DNA of 64,000 nucleotides, taken from Octopus sinensis (taxonomy: Eukaryota). Positions within the stretch are counted from its first letter, which is position 1, and the number at the start of each line of letters is the position of its first letter. The notes beneath the pieces are model-generated. The model saw only the letters and a program-made list of their open reading frames with translations, was not told the DNA's origin and made no database searches. The stretch is from the NCBI RefSeq assembly GCF_006345805.1, contig NC_043000.1:121768001-121832000 (forward strand), given 5' to 3'. A program made the translations under genes and the position numbers. This document shows, piece after piece, positions 12,391 to 25,549 of the stretch.

Positions 12391-14120
12391 GATTATAAGA
12401 AGAGAAAGGACGAAAGTATTAAGCCTCCTTCTAATGACATGCAGTTGCCGCGAAAGTAAATATAAACGGGTTTCAAAAATTCAGGAACACTTTTTTTAAT
12501 AATAAGCACAAAACAAGTTGCTTTATTTATTTCGTTAGAATGGACATTTGTCCATGTAAATCGAAGGAAGTGAATTTCTGTTAAAACGAAATTTACTGAC
12601 ACTCACTGCTAAGAATACAGTGGAGAAGGCTAGCCAATCGATTTGGTTAAAAAGAGATGATGAGCAAGGGCTAGAGAAATAGTGAGCTTTATTTAATACG
12701 TAATTGATCTAGCTAGCGGGGCCTCATAACAGTGAGTGGGGGGCCTGGGCGCATTGATGCCGTCGAGAGGTAGTCTCCAGAACGGCGCGCATTCTCTCCT
12801 GATGACCCCATACACTTACTGCCTTCCGGTATGCGGAGTTTTTGACTAGTAGCACTTACATGTGCAAGTTATTTGCGAGAAGTTTAAGAATACGTCGCTA
12901 AAAAGAACTCTCCATTGACATGTGTCACAGTATCTAATTAAAATAACTGCCTAATATTTATTAGTTTGTTTCTAAAGAATTTAATGCGAGTACAGGAAAA
13001 ATGTGTTTTACAAAAAACGGCAATCCAAATTGCGGTACTGTCGCAAATACAAAATCAATGTGTGAAATGATAAAGCATTAAGTGTAAAAAGCGTAAGCAT
13101 TTTTATTCGGACATTCGTGCCAAGCCATGATTTGAGAAAGAAAGGCTGGGGCATTCAGTTCGTCTATAGCTATTCTATTGCTCAGAGCACTTTGGATTCA
13201 TTTGCGTCATGAATCCAGTAGTCTGTACTTGCTCGTGTCCTCCTCGCAAGTGGAATTTCAAGCGAAATGTCCTTTGTTGTTTTTGCATAGTCGCATGTTG
13301 AAACGAGCAAAACTTATATTTTGGAATAAAAAGGAGAAAATCAGTTGTCATTGCTTTTAGCTGGCTATATAACAAAATGCTGTGTTACCCTCTAACTACT
13401 CTGATATAGTACAATTAATTCATCTTTTAATTGTGGAACCAGTTCCAAGAAGAATTAACAATAAACGTTCACACCTATTAGAAGAGTCAGAATAGTCATT
13501 AATAGCTGTTCTAAACTGGCAATGAAGATGTACAACATTTCCATCAAGTTTCCGGTTATTAAAACTGCGAATCAATTTTTGTTAGTTTATTTCGTAAGTT
13601 CAAGTGATTCGCATACGAAATCACTTCCTCTGTCGTTGCAATTTTAGATGAAGTAACAAAACAAGCAACCCAATCTTAAAATGAATTTGAATGATGGCAC
13701 TCCGTCCGCTACGTCTTTATGTTCGTTAACTCCTCCGACACCGTTGGTGCAAGGGCAATGAAGTGAAACCAGCAACTTCCCTAATCCCACGGAATGTCCT
13801 AAGGGGGTCTATTTTTTAAGGGCCGCTTAACTGCCCCCCCCCCACTGACCCCCTATTGTTACTGCATTTTTAACTAAATACATAACACTGCCGACCAAAT
13901 GGGGGCAACGAAAATGAATTTCATACCATGATCTCCCAGGCAGTATCGTAAGGAGTTTCAATTTTTGAAGGACCGAGGGGCAGCTTAAGGCTAGGGTCAT
14001 ATAAAATCTGTGACTATGTCTACCACTTTATTTCAGTGAAACAAAAGTGTTAAAATCAATTGTACCTATCAATGCAGGTAAGTATGTACATGAGGTTGAG
14101 AGGAATTAATATGCCGAGAT

Positions 14121-14205
14121 ATGTGGCTGACCCTGCCAGTAGTCATATGTTTGTCTCCAAGTTTAAGCTATGTAAGTGTAAGTTAATGCTGTAAGTGAAT
14201 GGCAC
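14121..14205 (+). pseudogene. Degenerate 5' fragment of 18S rRNA
   Basis: TGGCTGACCCTGCCAGTAGTCATATGTTTGTCTCCAAGTTTAAGCTATGTAAGTGTAAGT versus the universal eukaryotic 18S start CTGGTTGATCCTGCCAGTAGTCATATGCTTGTCTCAAAGATTAAGCCATGCATGTCTAAGT. Confidence 0.85.
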
Positions 14206-14234
14206 GGAATCCTGCGTTACTTTGGTCTTCGAAG

Positions 14235-14830
14235 GTCTCGTTTGAATATTTCCTAGTACCACAAACAAATCGAGCGGTTTCGGTGGTGAATTTACCTAAG
14301 GGTGATCTGAGGTGTCGATGGATTTTGGGAACACAATTCATTACCCAATATCGGACATCACTATTAATTCCTGTACTTCTGAATCAAAATGAAATAAATT
14401 TGTTTCACAATGTGATAGACCATTGTGTGTAGAGCAAACGGATCAGTGCTGTCTTTTGGATGCTTTTTGGATGCATATGAAACCCTGTGCGCAGTAGAAA
14501 TGTCACGTAAAATAGGTCACTTGGATGAATGAAGAACAGGCTTTGAAATTCAAGAGAACATTAATTCGTTAGTAAATGCAATAGCCTGTTATCAACCTTC
14601 TGATCATTATTTATATTTGCAATAGCCACAGGATTTTGTGTCTAAAGAGCATCGATTTGCATGCGTGATAGTGCATCTGTAAGCGAATTTATAATTCGGT
14701 TGATGCAATGAATGTCATTCGTAAACTGGGATATGAAATTCAATTGTCGAATTTCCCGGAGCGCGTATTTCTTTGGACTAGAGGCTAGTACGAGAGAAAG
14801 CCAACAGATGATTCGTTGTAGATTAAAAAT
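14235..14830 (-). mobile_element. Ty3/Gypsy pol remnant (end of RNase H plus integrase zinc-binding region)
   Basis: ..KYALREIRQLNFISQFTNDIHCI..SLTDALSR.. (RNase H C-terminus), followed by ..GINSDVRYWVMNC..KIHRHLRSPLGKF..ARF. Confidence 0.8.
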
Positions 14831-16057
14831 ATGCGACATCCTCCAAAATGCTGAAAATTATTTTTCTAACATGCTAAAGCATGTTTGGATAGCCCAGAAT
14901 GATGACTATAAAACATTAAAACGTTTGGACTAATTATGAAAACCACAGGGCGTACAAAGGAATCAGAAGCCTGAAAACGCCCTTGTTATGTCTGGTTGAG
15001 TGATGCCTTTGAGCGGATCTTGAAGTAGAGTCGGGAATTTTCAAGAACAGAAAATACATTTAGTTACTGTTATAACGAAGAGATCCATACTGTCAACAAG
15101 AGAAGAATCTGTATGTAGGAAACTACACATCTTTGAGGCCTTTTGACTGAACATCAGATAATAGCACGTGTGTCACTGATTCCATTTTCACTAACTAGGA
15201 CTTCGAATTCGCAAAGCATCGCCAAGTTTCAACTATGTCGAGGGGTTCGATAAAATTTATTACTGTCCGAATTACAACAGTGTATTGATCGAATTTATGT
15301 ATGAAGGAATCAAACGGTTTAAGGAAAATTGATCCATAATTTAAATCTGCGTATTATTTTAGCACAAGTGATTGTTAGGGGGCAAGAAAATAAGAATAGT
15401 ATGTAGAAAACTTAAACGGTCCTCATTCTAAAAACAATTAGCTGTGGTCGTAGTTTAATGAGCATAAAACCATATTCCAAAAAGGGCAAAGCAGGTTTAC
15501 TGCTCAACACTTTGATGAGCTAATCCCTGTTAACATTTCTTGAAAATTAGATAAAAAGTACCATGATATTTTAATACAACAAATATGTTCTTTCACTATT
15601 TTGAAGCCTTTTATTATAAAACGCATGTCATAAAAATCAACATATTGCGTGCCCGTTAGAACATTTTTCACATAAGTTTCAATTTCTTAAGAAATTAAAT
15701 CAGCAATTTATTATACAGTATTTTTGTATATGAAACCATTCAAATATGGTTTACTGCAAATACCTCAACTGCAAATGTGAAAAATGCAGTTAACTAATAT
15801 GAGCAAATGAAATAGCTCTCTTGTAATTAGAAGACTAACACACTGGCAAAACTTAGTTTTCTAGTTATTTGGTATATTTGTAGACTACAACCATTTGAAA
15901 ATCTAATTCAGTATGCAAATTGCTTCATTATAAATTCAATTCTTATATATGTAAATAAAGTTCAACAATTTATCAGAATTTCAAGTGTGTTATCTTTTCC
16001 AATAAAACTGCTGTGCCCGTTACTATATTTCAATCCAATTAAATTTTTGTGTTTAAA

Positions 16058-16283
16058 GGCGGCGAGCTGGCAGAAACGTTAGCACGCCGGGCGAAATACG
16101 TACCCCTATTTCGTCTGCCGTTACGTTCTGAGTTCACATTCCGCCGAGGTCGACTTTGCCTTTCATCCTTTCGGGGTCGATCAATTAAGTACCAGTTACG
16201 CACTGGGGTCGATATAATCGACTTAATCACTTTGTCCGTGTTTGTTCTCTCTCTGTTTAGCCCCTTGTGGGTTGTAAAGAAAT
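16058..16283 (+). mobile_element. tRNA-derived SINE family B (first of an adjacent pair)
   Basis: Matches the consensus. Confidence 0.9.
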
Positions 16284-16318
16284 ATATATTTCAATAGAAA
16301 TATATTTTTATGTTGATA

Positions 16319-16515
16319 GGCGGCGAGCTGGCAGAAACGTTAGGACGCTGGGCGAAATGCTTAGTGGTATTTCGTCAGCCGTTGCGTTCTGGGTTCAAAT
16401 TCCGCCGAGGTCGACATTGCTTTTCATCCTCTCGGGGTCGATGTAATCGACTTAATCTGTTTGTCTGTCCTTGTTTGTTCCCTCTGTATTTAGCCCCTTG
16501 TAGGTAGTAAAAAAA
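16319..16515 (+). mobile_element. tRNA-derived SINE family B (second copy, ~30-nt internal deletion)
   Basis: Matches the consensus but lacks the ..AAATTAAGTACCAGTTACGCACTGGGG.. segment. Confidence 0.88.
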
Positions 16516-16889
16516 TATATATTTTTGTGTTTATATTAGTAACCTAGTTTCAATAAGATAAATATACTCAGTATTCTTGCATCTGTTCCCGGACGATTTT
16601 TTTTCTTTTCTATATTATTCTCAGCTTTTTGGATGTCGGCCTATCCTGAGGAAACTTGGACTTAAAAGCGACACATCTACGTCTTCAATTTTATCTGATA
16701 CAACTGCAAAGGGTTAAGAAACAAAATTCTCCGAATATTGAAACTAGTCGTGTCACATTCGATTGAAGCTCATTTCAAAATTTCGGCATTTTGCATGCAC
16801 TTGAGACTGAGGCTGCACAAATAGTGTTATGTATATCCATGCCTGTAACACTAAATATATGAGCTATAACTTAACACGTGACATATTTG

Positions 16890-17850
16890 TTCTTAATCGC
16901 ACTCATCCGGAGATGATTGATGACTTTGCCTACATGGGAAGTAATATTGCTTCAACAGAAAATGATGGCCAGGAAAGAATTACAGAAGCATGGAATACCC
17001 TAAGTATAAACAGAATGATATAGAAAACTTACATCTCTCTATATATAAACGGCAGTTTGTCTGTGCGTGTTTCTGTGTGTCTGTTTTCTTGTACCCTCAC
17101 CCTGACCACGGCTTTCAACCGATTCTGATGAAACTTGACACACACATAGCCCAATGTCATAATTCAAAACTAACGCAGCGAAAATTTTGAAAAGTTCCTC
17201 CAGTTCTGAAAAAAATCGATAAATTCGACATGGGGTCGAGAATCAGAAACACAAACCGCAAACTGTCTAGGAGACGCAACTCCACCTTTTTTAACTAAAA
17301 AAAAATTTACTATCATTTTTTTCCATCTTTTTGCTGTTTTTTGACTATAACTCTCTAAAAATGCTTTATAGTTATTTCCCTTACAAACCTGAGCAACGCC
17401 GGGCGATACTGCTAGTTCCTTATAAGAAGAGAAATTTTTGCAAAGTAAACCTGTTACTTTAAGGCCCTTCAGTGTGGACAGTGAACAACAGATTTAAAAT
17501 GAGCTTGATGGTATATACACAAGAATGCTTCCCATAATCTTCAAACGTTCTTGGCAATGACAATATACAAAAACAATGATTACATGGCAGTTCTTTTACG
17601 ACCACCTTGGTAATCAGAGAAAACTAAACACATTGTGCAGAACACTACGGAAGAGGCAATGATGAAATATTCAGCGACTTCCTTCTCTGGAAACCCATGC
17701 AGGGCCAGTACGCTATCGGCAGAACAAGAAGACGCGCACATATTGGTCAACTTGGGGAAGACACTGTGTATCCAAATGAAGATATATAGACTGTTGTGGA
17801 AGGTCAGGAGATCAGACGTGGAAGATCTGCAGTGGTCCTGACAACTCAGC
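16890..17850 (+). mobile_element. RTE-like LINE 3' fragment interrupted by a Helitron
   Basis: Before the insertion: ..EMIDDFAYMGSNIASTEND..RI..AW.. After it: ..WTVNNRFKNELDGIYTRML..SDFLLWKP..GR.. Ends in (GATA)n. Confidence 0.7.
17034..17415 (+). mobile_element. Non-autonomous Helitron, 382 bp
   Basis: A|TCTCTCTATATATAAACGGCAG start; subterminal hairpin CCTGAGCAACGCCGGG (17388-17403); CTAG|T end; no target-site duplication; sits inside a LINE frame. Confidence 0.88.
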
Positions 17851-17882
17851 CGACGCGATAGATAGATAGATAGGTAGATAGG

Positions 17883-17930
<48 letters not shown>

Positions 17931-18487
17931 CAGATAGATAGATCGATCGACAGACATATAGATAGATAGAATAGATAAACAGAGAGAGAGAGATAGATGG
18001 ATACGATTGCCAATCATATTTTACATGTAAATGACATGGGAACGAAAGCAGTTCCAGTAATCTCTCTTTCTGTATAAAGAGCTCTTCAAAATCTAGGGCA
18101 GCTCCTTATAGCTCTGTCTGAAAATAATAAAAAGTTGGCTACAATATCAAATATTACGAAATGCACTCAGAAGTAGACAGAATCAATGTGTATCTGCATT
18201 TTTTAATCTAAAATTCTTTAAAATGTATCCATGTGATTTTTTGTATGTGTACATATATGAGCTTGCGTGGGTGTAGAGTGCATGTGAAATATTTATAAGA
18301 GCTATAGTACTTGAATATCATCTAATGTGATCAGTACATTTACGTGAGTAAACTCAAAGTACGTCTACAACGTCGTTACTCTTATTAATGTATACGTATA
18401 TGCTCTTATAAATTTCTGCCGCCGTTTGGGTTCTGCATCAGACATAATTTAATGCTGCATATATGTATATATATATATATATATAGT

Positions 18488-18893
18488 CGTAGGAATGGCT
18501 GTATGGTAAGTAGCTTGCTTACCAGCCACATGGTTCCGGGTTCAGTCCTACTGCGTGACACGTTGGGCAAGTGTCTTCTACTATAACCTCGGGCCGACCA
18601 TAGCCTTGTGAGTGGATTTGGCAGACGGAAACTGAAAGAAGCCCGTCGTATATATGTATATATGTAAGTGTGTGTATATGTTTGTGTGTCTGTGGTTGTC
18701 CCCCCCACCCAGCACCGCTTGACAACTGATGGTGGTGTGTTTACGTCCCCGTAACTTAGCGGTTCGGCAAAAGAGCCCGATAGAATAAGTACTAGGCTTC
18801 CAAAGAATAAGTACTGGGGTCGATCTGCTCGACTAAAGGTGGTGCTCCAGCATGGTCCCAGTCAAATGACTGAAACAAAAGAGTAAAGAGTAA
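18488..18893 (+). mobile_element. tRNA-derived SINE family A
   Basis: Head TGGCTGTATGGTAAGTAGCTTGC..GGTTCAGTCC (A/B boxes), internal microsatellite, GAGTAAA-like tail. Confidence 0.9.
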
Positions 18894-19436
18894 AAAAAAA
18901 AATATGTGATATATATATAAACCCACCCACACAAAGAGTAGTGAAAATAGGTTTCTCTGTTTCTGATATTTCGTGCCTATGGAATTGATTCGAAGTTTGC
19001 CAAAGGAAAGTGCAGTGAGTCAAAGAAATGACATGGACCAGAGAAACCATATAAAGATACCAAATAGGAAGCAAATTAAATTAAATATAATACAATGTAA
19101 TCGACTAAAACACACAGAAGAAAGTGCTGCTGCATGGCCAGTAATCAGTGTTTGAAACCCCGTAATATATATATATGTTTATATTGTATAGAATGTACGC
19201 AAAACCACACACACAGACATATATATATTAAATGTATTATATATAAGAGTATGTGTGAATGTCTACATATACATACATATATACATACACGTAAGTGTGT
19301 ATATGAATATATGTATATACATATACACATACAAGTACACGTATACATTTGTATATATATATATGCACAGTCTTCTACGTATATATGTGTACTTATAAAT
19401 ACACCCGCACACATCTATGTGTAAATCGTACAAACA

Positions 19437-19511
<75 letters not shown>

Positions 19512-20212
19512 TACAAGAGCACATATACACAACATTACACAGTCAGACACCCATATATATGTATGTACGTATGTATGTATTCTCATATATATCGGAATAA
19601 TAACTACCGATCTTGTTAGAGGAGAAAACAAGATCAAGTACGCGACGCACATCGATGATCATTTAATATTTCATAGCAAATTACATTTGATGGATTGCCT
19701 AAAAACAGATCAATACTCGTTTTGTTGGAAATTGCTTGCAGCAATAAACACCTCCTCCGATTAATTGGTTAGATCTATGAGTTAAAAAAACAAAATAACA
19801 AAATTATTTTTCGGGTTTATTTATACGGTCAAAACTTTATCATATAATATTGGTCATTACCAAGATACTTTCTGCAATTTATCGATAAAATATCTGTTTC
19901 CTTTACACACATATACACACACACGCAGAGACACACATATATATATGTACATGTAACTTTGTGTACGTAAACCAGTGTAGTTATATTCGTGTGTACATTT
20001 ATGTATATTTATAGGAGAAAGTGATGGGAAAATTGTGAGAGATCAGTGTATGTGTCTCCTGCAAACAATTCAGCGGACGAAAAATATTTTTCAGAAATAA
20101 ACGGGAACTTACAACACCAAGTATATTGTATGGAAGTACAGTTTATTTATGACTCTCTGCTCTTATCATGTAATAGTTAATAGCGTTAAATTTGATGAAA
20201 GTAATTACGTAT

Positions 20213-20307
<95 letters not shown>

Positions 20308-20329
20308 AATATATATATAATACAAAATG

Positions 20330-20557
20330 GGACAAGAACGCAAAACATCCGGACAGTTAGGTGATACAAAAAGGGACAAACAAAACATCGAGATAGACGA
20401 TTAAAAAAAAACAAGGACGGGTCATTCCAAGTTTTCTTTCCTCAGTCAAGCAGCAGATTATCCTCGAAATTTACGGTGATTATTCTTGAGATTGCACCAA
20501 TCCTGCCAGCATTAGATTCATTGGAAGAAAGCAGCGAATGTATACATAAGAAAAGAA

Positions 20558-20570
<13 letters not shown>
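20330..20570 (-). repeat. Unclassified interspersed repeat family D
   Basis: Reverse complement aligns with 33690-33955 (..ATCTCAAGA.TAATCA.C..AAATT.CGA.GAT..CTTGACTGA.GA..CCCGTCC..GTTCTTGTCCCA.TTTGTATT). Confidence 0.7.
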
Positions 20571-20600
<30 letters not shown>

Positions 20601-20959
20601 ATAACTGAAAATAAGGGTCTCTGAGAGACACCACCATGCCAAAATAGCAGTCAAATCCCTGATTCTAAAAAACATGTTAAATGTTCATATCGCACCATGA
20701 GATAAGACAGAGGGACAAAATAGACTAGCAAAAATATTACTGAATAATTCAAGATCCAGGATTTCTAACTTTGCTTTAAATAAGCTTTGCCGTCATCGGT
20801 TGAATATATCAAGCTACATAAATACCTATATATATATATATATATATGCAGAACAAACGTTATACTTACATATACGAACGTCCATATATACATATATATG
20901 CACGTATGTACAAGGCCGGTTAAATTGCCCGCCAAACACCTCATAAGCAGTATATATAT

Positions 20960-21340
20960 CTTTTACTCTTTTACTTGTTTCAGTCATTTGACTGCGACCA
21001 TGCTGGAGCACCGCCTTTAGTCGAGCAAATCGACCCCAGGACTTATTGTTTGTAAGCCCAGTACTTTTTCTATAGGTTTCTTTTACCGAACCGCTAAGTG
21101 ATGGGGACGTAAACACACCAGCATTGGTTGTCATGCAATGCTAGGGGGACAAACACAGACACACAGACACACACACACACATACGTATACATATATACGA
21201 CAGGCTTCTTTCAGTTTCCGTCTACCAAATCCACTCACAAGGCATTGGTCGGTCCGGAGCTATAGCAGAAGACACTTGCCCAACGTGCCACGCAGTGGGA
21301 CTGAACCCGGAAACATGTGGTTGGTTACCACACAGCCACT
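20960..21340 (-). mobile_element. SINE family A
   Basis: Matches the consensus. Confidence 0.9.
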
Positions 21341-23138
21341 CGTATGTATGTATGTATGTATGTATTTACGTATATATATAAACCTATTATTCTATGGATA
21401 TCAATTTCCCCCAAAATATTAGGTATTGAACCAGTATTTCATGAGGCCTTATAACTTCTAATTGAATTAGATATATATACAGAGAGAGACAGAGAGAAAG
21501 AGAGAATGACAGGAGTAGTTGAGCTTAACCCTAGACGTTAAGAATCGCCGAGGAGGATTAATATTGTCTCCATTAACATCCGAAATTGCGATCAGACTAT
21601 ATACGCTGACAAATTTTCTCCGTTCGTCAGGCATTGTTTCTATGGCTTTTGAGTTGTTCTAACTCTTATTTTTTACTAAAGCGGAGCTAGTGAGTACCCT
21701 CCGCGACTCTTGTACCCGCTATTAATTTTATCATTAGGTTATAATTGCTAATAAACCGACTTCTTTTAAAATTTGTTATATGTGTGACTGTGTATGAGTG
21801 TGTGTGTGTGTTTGTGTGGTGATAGCTCCATCTTTACAGATGGTTATCAGATCTTTGTGATACCCTGTCAATGGTGTCTTTCACCTACCCTCTATGATGA
21901 TATGCCAGACCACTATTCAGAGCACTGACGAATGTTGTAACTTAATGGGCAGTTCAAACTTGTTGCATCTGCACATGCTGCCACTCTTCCATCGCCATAC
22001 GACCCTCAGTAGATAGGGTGACAAATGAGATGACCATAGAGAAAGGTGTTTACGCCATTGCATTAGAGAGACAAACTCCCGTACAGCATATGTACCACTC
22101 TGTGCTATTAATGCTCAGTGACAGGGAAAAGTGAGATATTACTCATAACATTAGACCAAAGGTTTTACATCGGACTGTTCCTTTCCAAGAAGGATGCTGG
22201 GAAAATATCTAGTGGGACCTTACTGCCGGTGGAGTAAGGGTCCACTATCTAGGGTGGTTGTGTGATTGTGTTCAGATGGTACGCAATCGCATATACTAAA
22301 TAACCCACAACTAGGACCTTGACAGGTAGTATTATTTCGTGTAGGCGTAGACCTGGGAAGAATAGAGGCTAAGATTTGGTTTCACACTCCTCAAAACCTT
22401 GAAACGGCCGAAATCTCTAACGCACCCTCTAAAACATTGCGATGAGTCCTATAATATGAATTTTATTTACGGACATTACATAATGGAATCACTAAATGGT
22501 TATATAACTGACGACGAGATGGGAATTATTTCTGTAATGACTTACGTTTTCGTTGAATTATTTCTCACAATGCACCTTTCACATTCTTTCCATATTCTTC
22601 TCCTTTTCCACTATTTACCTTTCTGGTGTTATCTTATTGCGAGAAGTTGAAAACCATGTTTTCTTCCGTATTATATGAACTCATAGCGCTCAAGGACATC
22701 AGGACTTTCGCAGTACATTCCAACTGATTTTTTAACAAAACTACGAATTCGTCTTTTAAAGATAACATCCGCATCTAAAAATGTTCTTTAAATCATGCTC
22801 TTGAATAGCCTGATATCTGTCTTGTCATGTATGCTATTAACTGGAATGCATTCAGGCATTTTGGTTTGACTAGAAGACATAGGATTAACCCCGGTAATAT
22901 TACTTTCAAATTTTTAGACAAGGCCAGCAAATTCGAGATAAAAGATTAGTCAATGAAATCGAGTCCAGTGCTCAATTGGTACTTGTTTTATCTAACTCGA
23001 ATGGATGAAAGGTAAGGACGATCGCAGGTGAATTTCAAGTAAGTTCTTTGATCGATGTGCTGGCGAATCTACCAGCTTGACACCATTATTTCCATTAATA
23101 TTTAAATGCTATGGTGATTTTTCTGTCTAAAATCGTTT

Positions 23139-23346
23139 ACTCTCTTTTACTCTTTTACTTGTTTCAGTCATTTGACTGCGGCCATGCTGGAGCACCGCCT
23201 TTAGTCGAGCAAATCGACCGCAGGACTCATTTTTTTGAAGCCTAGTACTTATTTTATCGGTATTGTTTGCCGAATCGCTAAGTTATGGGGAGCTAAATAC
23301 ACCAGCATCGGCTGGCAAGCGATGTTTGTGAGACAAACACAGACAA

Positions 23347-23426
<80 letters not shown>

Positions 23427-23602
23427 ATACATATATACGACATGGTACTTTCAGTTTCTGTCTACCAAATCCACTCACAAGGCTTTGGTCGGTACGAGGC
23501 TATATTAGAAGACACTTGGCCAAGGTGCCACGCAGTGGGAATGAACCCAAAACCATGTGGTTGGTAAGTAAGCTACTTACAACACACCCATTCCTGCGCC
23601 TA
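23139..23602 (-). mobile_element. SINE family A with expanded internal (AC)/(AT)/(GT) tract
   Basis: Matches the consensus; head ends ..CCATTCCTGCGCCT. Confidence 0.9.
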
Positions 23603-23753
23603 CTATTTCTACAGTAATTTAAAACAATGCAGGTCCAATTTATGTGAAACAGTTGTGTTGTATTTTAACTGTATGCTGTGTTCAATATACATAATTCCCG
23701 TTGACCCAGTTTCAGGGAATTTCTTAATAAAGACATCATTTATGCAACCGATG

Positions 23754-24024
23754 GCAGTGTTGAAGGTGTTTATAAGCCATTTAAAAACACACAAAATCCG
23801 TTAGATTCACTTTAACTTTTAAATTTCGTTTGTTAAAATATTTTCGTCGCTTTGAGACCGCGACCTGTTCACTGACAATGATCCATGCTGCACTGAATTT
23901 TGTCAGTGAACGGTTCGCGGTCTCAAAGTAACGAAAATATTTAACAAATTAATTTAAATTGATGAAATGTGTCTAACGGATTTTGTGTGTTTCTTAAATG
24001 GCTTATCAGCACCTTCCACGCTGC
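23754..24024. repeat. Fold-back element, ~125-bp inverted arms with a ~21-nt spacer
   Basis: 23754-23878 is the reverse complement of 23900-24024 at about 80% identity. Confidence 0.88.
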
Positions 24025-24768
24025 AATTGATTTCGTTCCAGCACACGAACTCAGATCAGGTCACTTGCTATGGAAGTACATCTCCATTTATGCAACGTTA
24101 ATGATACATTTTCTGCATTGTACAAATAATTTAACCTTTACGATGAGTTTACAAAGTATGGTTTTGAAATTTTGTTTCTGGGAGGCCGTGTTTATAGTCT
24201 ACTGCTCCTCTTGGGAAGATAAGGTTTCATCAATATTTTAGCCGTAGAACTTCTACACTGAAGTTCTGGTAAAAACTTCATTCAAATAAGCAACTGATGT
24301 TGCATTAAGAGAAAATGATAACCAATAAAGATGTGAGTAATGGCGACAAAAATGCTACAAATTGCGTCCGCAACAAAGAGCGGCATTTTAAGAATATTTT
24401 CGAAAGATGGAGTCAATGTCTATTTAAACTTGTTATTTCATATATATTCAATAACAGTGATCTACTTCATGTATATGTACACGCAGTGCACATTACTCCA
24501 TAATAGGCATTCCAGATAGAGCTATTCTCGTTGTCTGTAGGATGGCCGTGACTACGGTTTACAACTTGTTATTTCTTAAAGCATTAGTTATTATGGTTAT
24601 TTCGAGAATATTTGCCTGCTATTTCTACCTGGTCGAATGTGAAATAATACAGGTGTAAAAACAGGGGCAATTGTTTGGTAAAGATGTGTATTGTTTTGAC
24701 ATTTTGTAGCTTGATTATCACATCCATATCTCCAAGTCTTCCTTTATTTCCTATTTTTTCACTCCTAT

Positions 24769-24932
24769 AGGCGTAGAAGTGGCTATGTGCTACGTAGCTT
24801 ACCTACCAACCATGTGTTTCTGTATTCATTCTCACTGCGTTGCTCCTTCGGCAAATGTCTTCTACTATAGCCTCGAGCCCACCAAAGCCTTGTGAGTGGA
24901 TTTGGTAGACGGAAACTGAAAGAAGACCGTCG

Positions 24933-24968
<36 letters not shown>

Positions 24969-25196
24969 TGAATGTATGTATGTATATGTTTGTGTGTCTG
25001 CGGTTGCCCCCCACCTCGACATTGCTTCACAACCGATGCTGGTGTGCTTACGTCCCCGTAACTTAGTGGTTCGGCCAAAGTGACCGATAGAATAAGTACT
25101 AGGCTTACAAAGAATAAGTCCTGGGGCCGATTTGCTCGACTAAAGGTGGTGCACCAGCATGGCCACAATCAAATGACTGAAACAAGTAAAAGAGTA
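24769..25196 (+). mobile_element. SINE family A with internal (TATG)n
   Basis: Matches the consensus. Confidence 0.9.
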
Positions 25197-25549
25197 TGAA
25201 TTTTCTCTCTACATTTGTCTCCCTTGTTATTCGCAGTTATTTTTATTTTCTATAAGTTATATTCTAATTTCACCTTCGATTATTTTTCGGTTCATCTACC
25301 AATTCTGTTATCACTCTTTGTTTTCTATCTCTTTTTCTCTGAATCCCGTCCACTAATTTCCTTTACTTTACTAATTCCCTGTCTTTCGGTACCTTAACAA
25401 TCTTCAACTATTTTACCTAATTTTAATGGTTTCCAGTTCAACATTTTACTCAATAATATTCAGACATATACATCTTATTCTATTCCTAAATATTTCGCAG
25501 TCTCTCACAAATTCATTTCCTACACATACATTCTAACTCTACCGTCTCT

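Noticed and set aside
14940-15130. Possible Gypsy integrase C-terminal piece on the plus strand
   Set aside because: Opposite strand to the adjacent remnant and low similarity.
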